Shown here piece by piece: positions 25,722-32,328 of a stretch of DNA of 32,328 nt (positions are counted from its first letter, which is position 1; each line of letters begins with the position of its first letter). The DNA comes from Candidatus Moraniibacteriota bacterium (GTDB taxonomy: Bacteria; Patescibacteriota; Minisyncoccia; Moranbacterales; GCA-2747515). The stretch covers positions 1 through 32,328 of the forward strand of contig JAOZNB010000001.1 of the NCBI GenBank assembly GCA_029933995.1, written 5' to 3'. The notes under the pieces were generated by a model. It worked only from the letters and a program-made list of their open reading frames with translations. It was not told the DNA's origin and made no database searches. A program made the translations under genes and the position numbers.

Positions 25722-26687
25722 ATGATTACTGAGTTGAAATTGAGAAATTTTCCAATATCTTTTTATGCAATTATTTTAGGATTGGCAGGCTTTACTGTTG
25801 CATGGCAAAAAGCTGAATCATTTTTTGGAATAGGTAATACTGTGAGTAGCATAATTGGGATAACAGGTCTCATATTATTTTTAGTAATTTCTGCAATTTA
25901 TATTATAAAATGGATTAAATTTCCGCAGGAGGTAAAAGCAGAATTTCATAATCCTGTTAAAATTAATTTTTTTCCAATTATTGCTAAAATTTTTCTTTTA
26001 GGAAGTATTATTTTAGTTGGACTTGGTTTTCATCAAGTTGCACAAAATTTGTGGATTATAGGTGTTATCTTACAACTAGGCTTTACATTTATATTGATGT
26101 ACTTTTGGATGAATTCTGATAAGTTTGAACTCAAGCATATTAGTCCAGCTCTTTTTATCCCAATTGTAGGTAATATACTTATCCCAATTGTAGGCGTAGA
26201 ATTTTATTCAGCAGAAATATCATGGTTCTTTTTTAGCGTAGGTTTTTTCTTGTGGATTATTTTTATGATAATCGTCTTTTATCGTATTATATTTGCTCAT
26301 CCACTGCCAGAGAAATTAGTTCCAACATTTTTCATTTTAATGGCACCGCCAGCAATTGGATTTATTTCATATGTTAAGTTAACAGGAGATTTTGATGTTT
26401 TTGCACGAATGATGTATTATTTTTCACTTTTCTTATTCTTTGTGTTATTAACGCAGATTGTACGATTTTTTAAGATTCGATTTTTTCTCTCATGGTGGGC
26501 ATATTCATTCCCGCTGGATGCATTAGTTATTGCAACTTTTTTTGCTTATCATCAAACAGGAATGGAGTTTTTTAAATTTATAGGACTTTTCATGTTTGCT
26601 TTGCTAAATATTCTCATTGTATTTTTGATATTCAAGACTGCTAAGGCAATAAGCAAAGGACACATTTGCATTGAAGAAAACGATTAA
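25722..26687 (+). CDS. TehA/SLAC1-family (TDT) anion channel/transporter
   Basis: 321 aa with about 10 TM segments. The N-terminus FPISFYAIILGLAGFTVAW and the overall layout fit the TDT family. Confidence 0.6.
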   Translation: MITELKLRNFPISFYAIILGLAGFTVAWQKAESFFGIGNTVSSIIGITGLILFLVISAIYIIKWIKFPQEVKAEFHNPVKINFFPIIAKIFLLGSIILVGLGFHQVAQNLWIIGVILQLGFTFILMYFWMNSDKFELKHISPALFIPIVGNILIPIVGVEFYSAEISWFFFSVGFFLWIIFMIIVFYRIIFAHPLPEKLVPTFFILMAPPAIGFISYVKLTGDFDVFARMMYYFSLFLFFVLLTQIVRFFKIRFFLSWWAYSFPLDALVIATFFAYHQTGMEFFKFIGLFMFALLNILIVFLIFKTAKAISKGHICIEEND

Positions 26688-26704
26688 TATAATAAATAAA
26701 AAGC

Positions 26705-27118
26705 ATGCTTTATAAAAAAATAGTTAACCAAGATATACAAGAAGTAATTAGGGCAATTAAAAGTAAGTCTAATGATTTTGATTTTGTGGTTCGAGATGTT
26801 TTTGATATGGCACAAAATTTTAAAGATCATGGAGTAGATGTTGATGATGATTTTGAATATTATTCAATTATGATATGTAATCCTCAAAAAGCGTATCAAA
26901 GCATTAAAGGAAAAATGATTCGTGGAGCAGTTTTGTTACCACCAAAACAAGTGGTTGTATATTCTGAGAATGAAGGACAAACAACACTTGCATATGAAGC
27001 TCCTGACAAAGAAAATATTGCAAAAATTATGCCAGAAGATGTAGATTTTCAAGATGGATTAATTGCTTCTGGTCAAAAAATCATTGAATTAATTAAAAAT
27101 ATTGACGCAGAAAAGTAA
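26705..27118 (+). CDS. DUF302-domain protein
   Basis: 137 aa. YSIMICNPQKAY...GAVLLPPKQVVVYSENEGQTTLAYEAP fits the DUF302 pattern. Confidence 0.6.
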   Translation: MLYKKIVNQDIQEVIRAIKSKSNDFDFVVRDVFDMAQNFKDHGVDVDDDFEYYSIMICNPQKAYQSIKGKMIRGAVLLPPKQVVVYSENEGQTTLAYEAPDKENIAKIMPEDVDFQDGLIASGQKIIELIKNIDAEK

Positions 27119-27177
27119 GAGTGTTTTATTCTCTAGATAAATAATTTAAAATAAAAATATAATATAAAATAATATTT

Positions 27178-28089
27178 ATGAATAAGGTCACATATTGGTT
27201 ACGTAAGGTGGGTATGTTGCGTACATCTTCTTATAAAGTAAGTGGTGATGCTGAAAAGTTAAATAAAATACAGGCAAGTGATGGTGACATGATACAAAGT
27301 CCAAAAGAAATTGATGTAAAATACAAGGAGCAAAATACGGGACAATCAAATAATAGTACATCTAGTGACACACCTCCAAATAATGATAAAAAAGGAAGTA
27401 GTAGCAAGGCTTTGTTTTGGATTTTTCTTGTAATCGGAGTCAGTCTTTGTATTTTGATATTGCTAATGGATTTTTCAGTATGGTTTATGTTTGCAGTTGT
27501 AATGTGGGCATGGTTTTTGCATGGTTTGTGGTCAAGGGCTAATGTTGGAGCGTTGATGGTAGGTAAAACAATCATGATTGGAACTGTGCTTGTTATAGTT
27601 TCTTTGTTTTTTGTAAATGCAGCATTGTTAGGCTCGGAGGATATACAAGAGGAATATAATCAAGTTGTAAATGTAATAGACAAAAAGGATGTAAAGCAAA
27701 AAGAAAATAAATTAGAAGAAAAGTCAAAAAGTACAGATAAAATTTCACAATTTTTTGTAGAACTTGAAAAAGAAACAAATATAGATTTTGGACAGGTTGC
27801 AGATGCAACTGGGATTGTTTGGACAAATGGCGGAGCAGGACTTGCATTGCAAAAAGCAAAAGAAATAAAAACAAGTGATGCTTCCAACAAAGACTGGAAA
27901 TTAATAAAACAATATTTTGAAGATAATAATGGAACACATGGAACAATCGGTATGGTTTTTACAGGTGAAAAAAATCAAGATGGATATTATTTTCAAGATG
28001 GAGAATTTAAAATGCTTATGTGTGTCCTGACAGATGCAAAGAAAATAATCACGGTCAGTTGTGGTTGGGGTCCAGGTGGAGGAAAATAA
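27178..28089 (+). CDS. Hypothetical membrane protein: low-complexity N-terminus, about 3 TM segments, and an extracytoplasmic C-terminal domain of about 150 aa
   Basis: The hydrophobic block spans about aa 78-150. I recognised no family motif. It lies 30 nt upstream of the next gene. Confidence 0.6.
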   Translation: MNKVTYWLRKVGMLRTSSYKVSGDAEKLNKIQASDGDMIQSPKEIDVKYKEQNTGQSNNSTSSDTPPNNDKKGSSSKALFWIFLVIGVSLCILILLMDFSVWFMFAVVMWAWFLHGLWSRANVGALMVGKTIMIGTVLVIVSLFFVNAALLGSEDIQEEYNQVVNVIDKKDVKQKENKLEEKSKSTDKISQFFVELEKETNIDFGQVADATGIVWTNGGAGLALQKAKEIKTSDASNKDWKLIKQYFEDNNGTHGTIGMVFTGEKNQDGYYFQDGEFKMLMCVLTDAKKIITVSCGWGPGGGK

Positions 28090-28119
28090 AATATATAAAT
28101 AAAAGTTAAAATAAAATAT

Positions 28120-29808
28120 ATGAATAATAAATATACATTTCCACTAGTACTTCTGGCAGTTGGTGCTTTTGTTTTTGTAGTGTTTTTTACGTTTAGTCCA
28201 ATCTCCACAAATAATAATCAAATACGTGTTTCAGAAGATGTATCTACTCTTTTGCAAGAAGAACAATTAGAACCAACATATTTATTTACACATTCAACAG
28301 GGGGAGGAACATTTGAAAATATTGAAGGAGATGAATATATATTAACTTTATCAAATCCAAATGAAGAAGTTATTTATTTTTCTGATAGACCATTTCGTGA
28401 GACAGGACATATGCCTTTAGCGATGTTTCTTGATGATCTTGATTTTGAAATAGATCCACCAAATGCAACTGTTGTATTGGAAAATGAAGAAGGTGACAAA
28501 ATAATGATAGTTGCAGAGTTAATAGAGCCAATTTTTAATAGAGATGATAACACTCTTGTGTATAAGGTGCGTGTTTTGCATGATGAAACGGGTGAATTGG
28601 CAGAATATGGGGAGGTTGTTATGTTTGAGAGTTTTGCAAATGCAGTATTTTTTATAGATAGTTCAAAAAGTCATGGAGAAGAAGAAAATACATGGAAAGA
28701 TCACAAGGATAAAATATGTGGGAAAAAACCAAAGAAGGATAAAAAGGATTATAGGATGACATTGGGAGAGGCACATAAAATAGCAACAAAAAAAGATGGG
28801 GATACAGAGTGTTTAGTGCATAATGCAAAATTAAGTAAAACAGATTTTGAATGCAAGGATGATGTATGGAAAATTAAAATGGACACAAATATAAAAGGTG
28901 AGGCAAGTAAATGTCAGGCATATTGTATTATTGTGCCAGAAGAAAGAAATAAAAAGGAAGAAGGCGTTGCTCGTGTAGAATATGATTGTAAACATCATGG
29001 TGATGAAAAAGGAGATAAAAATGTTTTTTGTCCACAACCAGATGTAAAAAGTGGACATCATTATAAAAATGTAGTAAGTGATCTAGTAGATGAATATCAT
29101 CATATAGCAAAAAAGGCAAAAGAGGGGCATACAAGTTATGAACATCATTATTGTGTAGAGACGGGAATGCCTTACTCAACTAATGAACATTGGGCCACTG
29201 ATTGTTCTGGACTTGGAGGTTATGCCTTATTTAAAAAATTGCCATATCATTATAAATTATTAGATGAAAGCAGAGGTGCTCATGCCAAAGCAGATAGACC
29301 GTTAGCTATGGATTTTTATAATTTTATTCATGATTTAGATGATGATAAATGTTGGGAAAGGATTCATAAGCTTGAAAATGCAAAGCAAGGAGATTTTCTT
29401 GTTGTAAAATATCATAAAGACAAGGATAAGCACTCTTGTACAAGTTCAACAGGTCATGTTATGTGGATTGATGAGGTGCATGACAAAACAGGTAGTCACC
29501 GTAAGATTACAGTAATTGATTCTGCAAATAGTGGTCACGGTAGTGATACGAGAAAAGATAAAAATACATACAATTGTGAGGGAGGTAGAGATTGTGGAAT
29601 TGGAAAAGGTGACATGTGGTTTTATACAGACGATAAGGGATATCCTGTCAAATATACATGGGATGCACATCCTGGACAGGATACACATTATTGTAAATAT
29701 GATGATAAAGATTGTGATTGTAAAAAAACTTGTCATGATAGTGCTTCAGACAAGTGTGAATTAGAAGGAATTGTAATTGGTCGTGTGAAAGATTGTGAAG
29801 TTAAATAA
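28120..29808 (+). CDS. Secreted or anchored multidomain protein, Cys/His/Lys-rich, with an NlpC/P60-like (papain-fold) peptidase/amidase core
   Basis: N-terminal signal/anchor. An uncharacterised domain follows (FSDRP..ETGH...DPPNATVVL). Next is a small Cys-knot-like module (MTLGEAHKIA..C..C..W.I.......C.AYC.V). The catalytic-type motifs are HWATDCSGLGGYALF and KQGDFLVV...STGHVMWIDEVH..ITVIDSANSGHG. Confidence 0.6.
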   Translation: MNNKYTFPLVLLAVGAFVFVVFFTFSPISTNNNQIRVSEDVSTLLQEEQLEPTYLFTHSTGGGTFENIEGDEYILTLSNPNEEVIYFSDRPFRETGHMPLAMFLDDLDFEIDPPNATVVLENEEGDKIMIVAELIEPIFNRDDNTLVYKVRVLHDETGELAEYGEVVMFESFANAVFFIDSSKSHGEEENTWKDHKDKICGKKPKKDKKDYRMTLGEAHKIATKKDGDTECLVHNAKLSKTDFECKDDVWKIKMDTNIKGEASKCQAYCIIVPEERNKKEEGVARVEYDCKHHGDEKGDKNVFCPQPDVKSGHHYKNVVSDLVDEYHHIAKKAKEGHTSYEHHYCVETGMPYSTNEHWATDCSGLGGYALFKKLPYHYKLLDESRGAHAKADRPLAMDFYNFIHDLDDDKCWERIHKLENAKQGDFLVVKYHKDKDKHSCTSSTGHVMWIDEVHDKTGSHRKITVIDSANSGHGSDTRKDKNTYNCEGGRDCGIGKGDMWFYTDDKGYPVKYTWDAHPGQDTHYCKYDDKDCDCKKTCHDSASDKCELEGIVIGRVKDCEVK

Positions 29809-29831
29809 TAGCCAATTGTATTAATTATAAT

Positions 29832-29876
29832 AAAAAATTGCTGAGAATATGTTATTCTCAGCAATTTACTTTTTTG
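29832..29876. terminator. Bidirectional intrinsic terminator between convergent genes
   Basis: A 15-bp perfect stem AAATTGCTGAGAATA-tgt-TATTCTCAGCAATTT, flanked by an A-run upstream and a T-run downstream. Confidence 0.85.
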
Positions 29877-29882
29877 GTCAGA

Positions 29883-31112
29883 TTAGTTAAATTTTTTGAT
29901 AATCAATGTAGCATTTGTACCACCGAAGCCAAAGCTATTTGATAGTACAATCTTTGGAGTTTCATAAAGACGTTTTCGTACAATTGGAAAATGCGCAGCA
30001 TCAATATCAATATCATCAATATTTTCTGAGGTAGCAATAAAATTATTTTCCATCATTATGATAGAATAGATAATCTCATGTACACCAGCAGCACCAAAAC
30101 CATGTCCTGTAAGTGATTTAGTTGAGCTGATTAGTGGTATATTATTTCCAAATACCTTCTCTATAGCTTGTAGTTCAATAATATCGCCAGCAATTGTACT
30201 TGTGCCATGTGTATTGATATAATCGATGTCTGTAATTTTTAAATCAGGACAGTCATCGATAGCTTGTTGCATAGCTCGTATAGCACCATCGCCAGAGGGT
30301 ATTGTCATATGAGAGCCATCAGATGAGGCTCCATAACCAATTATTTCTGCATAAATCTTTGCTCCACGTTCAATGGCTTGATTCATTTCTTCAAGTACGA
30401 TAATGCCAGCACCTCCAGAAGCTACAAATCCATCACGATTTGCATCATATGGTCTGGATGCTTTTTGAGGATTGGAATTGTGACGTGATAATGCGCGCGC
30501 TCTATCAAATGTTGCAGCAACATATACATCACATTCATCACAACCACCAGCAAAGACTGTATTAAGTCGTCCATTAGAAATTTTATCAAAAGCTTCTCCA
30601 ATTGTGTGTGCACTTGTGGCACACGCAGAGCTAAGAGAAAAAGAAATTCCATGAATGCCAAATAATACAGCAAGGTTTGCAGATGGAGAACTTGCCATAC
30701 ATCTTGCACTGTATGTAGGTATCATACTACGAAAACCTTTTTTGCTATCAAGTCTTTGACTATTTTCAGTAGTAGAAGCTGGAGATCCTCCACCAGTACC
30801 TACAATTAAGCCAGTTTGTGAACTATGAATAATTTCACTTGGTAAATGAGCATCTTCTATTGCTTGGATCATGGATAAATAGCTGTATCCAGCACCCTCA
30901 CTCATAAATCGTGTAATCTTTTTTTCACCAATCAGTTCAATTGCATTGGGTAATTGCCCAGAAATGTGTGAAGATAGTCCTTTTTCTATATAATTTTGAT
31001 TAGTATCAATTCCAGATTTACTTGTAAAAAGAGAACTTGTTACTGTAGCAATATTATTACCTATAGATGTAATAAGTCCAAGTCCTGTAATTACAACTCG
31101 TTTTTTATGCAT
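29883..31112 (-). CDS. fabB: Beta-ketoacyl-ACP synthase, KAS I (FabB)-like
   Basis: Collinear with E. coli FabB as I recall it. Matching motifs are SSACATSAHTIGEA (active Cys), YDANRDGF, IPSGDGA, INTHGTSTIAGD, STKSLTGHGFGAAG and NSFGFGGTNATLI. A strong SD (AAGGAG) lies upstream. Confidence 0.85.
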   Translation of the reverse strand: MHKKRVVITGLGLITSIGNNIATVTSSLFTSKSGIDTNQNYIEKGLSSHISGQLPNAIELIGEKKITRFMSEGAGYSYLSMIQAIEDAHLPSEIIHSSQTGLIVGTGGGSPASTTENSQRLDSKKGFRSMIPTYSARCMASSPSANLAVLFGIHGISFSLSSACATSAHTIGEAFDKISNGRLNTVFAGGCDECDVYVAATFDRARALSRHNSNPQKASRPYDANRDGFVASGGAGIIVLEEMNQAIERGAKIYAEIIGYGASSDGSHMTIPSGDGAIRAMQQAIDDCPDLKITDIDYINTHGTSTIAGDIIELQAIEKVFGNNIPLISSTKSLTGHGFGAAGVHEIIYSIIMMENNFIATSENIDDIDIDAAHFPIVRKRLYETPKIVLSNSFGFGGTNATLIIKKFN

Positions 31113-31161
31113 AATACACTCCTTATGTTTATGAAATTTTTAATATACAAAATTGTATGCA

Positions 31162-31190
31162 ATAATACATTATTTTTATAAGTTAGTCAA
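31162..31190 (-). promoter_or_regulatory. Promoter of the fabB-like gene
   Basis: On the minus strand: TTGACT (31190-31185), a 17-nt spacer, then TATTAT (31167-31162). Confidence 0.55.
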
Positions 31191-31228
31191 TAGAAATAAA
31201 AAAGATGATAGATTTTTTGGAGGCTTTG

Positions 31229-31237
31229 TGTTATAAT
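31229..31237 (+). promoter_or_regulatory. Extended -10 promoter element for the NIF3-family gene
   Basis: TGtTATAAT at 31229-31237. An SD (GGAGGA) lies before ATG 31310. Confidence 0.5.
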
Positions 31238-31309
31238 TTTTTTGAAGTATAAAATTATACTTTTGTACATTATATTATAATTCAACTTATAACATGGAGG
31301 AATAATATT

Positions 31310-32158
31310 ATGATAGCAAAAGATTTATATGCACAACTTGAAAAAGATTTTATAACAAAAGAAATGACCGATGATTGGGCACCTCACATGCAGGCGGTAA
31401 GTGATTTTCTATGTCCTAATTTTATACAACGTTCTATGGGACTAGTATGTGATAATTCAGATGAAATTACACATGTATATTCTGCTGTTTTTCCATCAAA
31501 TAAGGTGATGCAACAAATTATTGACAATGATGCAAAAGATGTATTGCTTTTTGTACATCATCCATCAAATTGGGGTGTTACACAGAGTCCGCCTTTTTTT
31601 CAAATGGACAAAGAATTATTGCAACAATTTAAAGAGCAAAAGATCTCTATTTATAATTTACATGTACCATTGGATGCATTTGGTCCGTATTCTACAAGTG
31701 TAACATTCGCGAAGGCACTTAATATAGACGTGCAAGAAGCATTTTCACCGTATAGAGGTGGTTTAGCAGGAGTAATTGGTACAACAAATTTAAAAACAAT
31801 AACAGAATTACACAAAGTTTTTACACAGGTGTTTGGACATGAAATCTCTTTGTATGCCTATGGTGATGATGAGATTGTTGATGGTAGGGTGGCACTACTT
31901 GCTGGAGGAGGAAATGAGGTGGATATCATTAAAGAAATAAAAGAAAAGGGTATCAACACAGTTTTGACAGGTGTTAGTGTAAAAAATGATTTTACAAAAG
32001 AAGTACATGATTTTGAAAAAGAAAATAGAATTAATCTTCTTGGTGGTACACATTATTCAACAGAAAAATTTGCATGTATAGAAATATGTAAATACTTTGA
32101 AAAAATGGGACTGTCATCCGAGTTTATTGCAGATGTGCCTGCATTGGAAGATCTGTAG
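31310..32158 (+). CDS. NIF3-family dinuclear-metal-centre protein (GTP cyclohydrolase 1 type 2 homologue, YbgI-like)
   Basis: LLFVHHPSNW, NLHVPLDA and LGGTHYSTE correspond to the conserved metal-ligand motifs of NIF3/DUF34. Confidence 0.8.
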   Translation: MIAKDLYAQLEKDFITKEMTDDWAPHMQAVSDFLCPNFIQRSMGLVCDNSDEITHVYSAVFPSNKVMQQIIDNDAKDVLLFVHHPSNWGVTQSPPFFQMDKELLQQFKEQKISIYNLHVPLDAFGPYSTSVTFAKALNIDVQEAFSPYRGGLAGVIGTTNLKTITELHKVFTQVFGHEISLYAYGDDEIVDGRVALLAGGGNEVDIIKEIKEKGINTVLTGVSVKNDFTKEVHDFEKENRINLLGGTHYSTEKFACIEICKYFEKMGLSSEFIADVPALEDL

Positions 32159-32188
32159 AACACAGGTCATTTAAATAAATTCAATATT

Positions 32189-32226
32189 AAAAAAGGATTT
32201 GTTAATGCAAGCCCTTTTTATTTTAT
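32189..32226 (+). terminator. Intrinsic terminator
   Basis: AAAAGGATTTG-ttaatg-CAAGCCCTTTT stem (one mismatch, one G-U pair) followed by a T-rich tail. Confidence 0.6.
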
Positions 32227-32243
32227 TTGGTAAAATGGCTATC

Positions 32244-32328
32244 CCTAAATTCTAATTCAAATATTAATCAAAATTTTTTTAAGCTCTGTTATTTCGTAAA
32301 ATAGATTTTTTTGGTAGGGACAGTGTCA
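32244..32328 (+). repeat. Intergenic repeat, copy B (partner at 4815-4899), truncated by the window edge
   Basis: Same hand alignment as copy A, in direct orientation, 27,429 bp downstream. Confidence 0.85.

Noticed and set aside
4815-32328. The two direct 85-bp repeats could be attL/attR of a 27-kb integrated element or genomic island.
   Set aside because: The interval holds core housekeeping genes (rnpB, murJ, lepA, mreBCD, mrdA). It has no integrase, transposase or phage genes. The repeats are also not tRNA-derived.
1-32328. An alternative genetic code (UGA recoded, as in some candidate phyla).
   Set aside because: Under the standard code the ORFs are long, contiguous and end-to-end. TGA also acts as a genuine stop, for example at 1901-1903 (overlapping the next start) and at 21062-21064 (followed by a terminator).
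1-32328. CRISPR arrays, tRNA or rRNA genes, and IS elements.
   Set aside because: I found no regularly spaced direct repeats, no tRNA T-arm/acceptor patterns in the intergenic gaps, and no transposase-like ORFs or terminal inverted repeats.

Overview
The window is AT-rich and tightly packed. Every gene except one (fabB-like) is on the + strand. TGA is used as an ordinary stop, so the code is standard. Gene content suggests a small-genome monoderm-type bacterium, possibly Patescibacteria/CPR-like; that placement is inference from content only.

Gene order, left to right:
- GNAT and HAD enzymes.
- A translationally coupled split permease plus a NifX-like protein.
- Two paralogous SdrD-B/Cna-B-type surface proteins, each ending in an SP-x-TG sorting signal.
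- RNase P RNA (rnpB).
- A roughly 10 kb cell-envelope glycopolymer operon: priming sugar transferase, YvlD-like membrane protein, three GT4 glycosyltransferases, a Wzz-like protein, a DUF4012 protein and murJ.
- A third small SP-x-TG protein.
- lepA and an ABC exporter.
- mreB-mreC-mreD-mrdA.
- A TehA/SLAC1-like channel plus a DUF302 protein.
- A pair of uncharacterised envelope proteins. The second is a Cys/His-rich secreted protein with an NlpC/P60-like catalytic core.
- A stand-alone FabB-like ketosynthase on the minus strand.
- A NIF3-family protein.

I found no CRISPR array, transposase, integrase, tRNA or rRNA.

The most interesting items are:
- the 27.2-29.8 kb membrane-protein/peptidase cassette;
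- the SP-x-TG surface-protein set with its duplicated module;
- an 85-bp intergenic repeat present at 4.8 kb and again at the right window edge;
- the orphan fabB-like gene.

All family calls come from motifs I recognised by eye. No HMM or BLAST search was possible.
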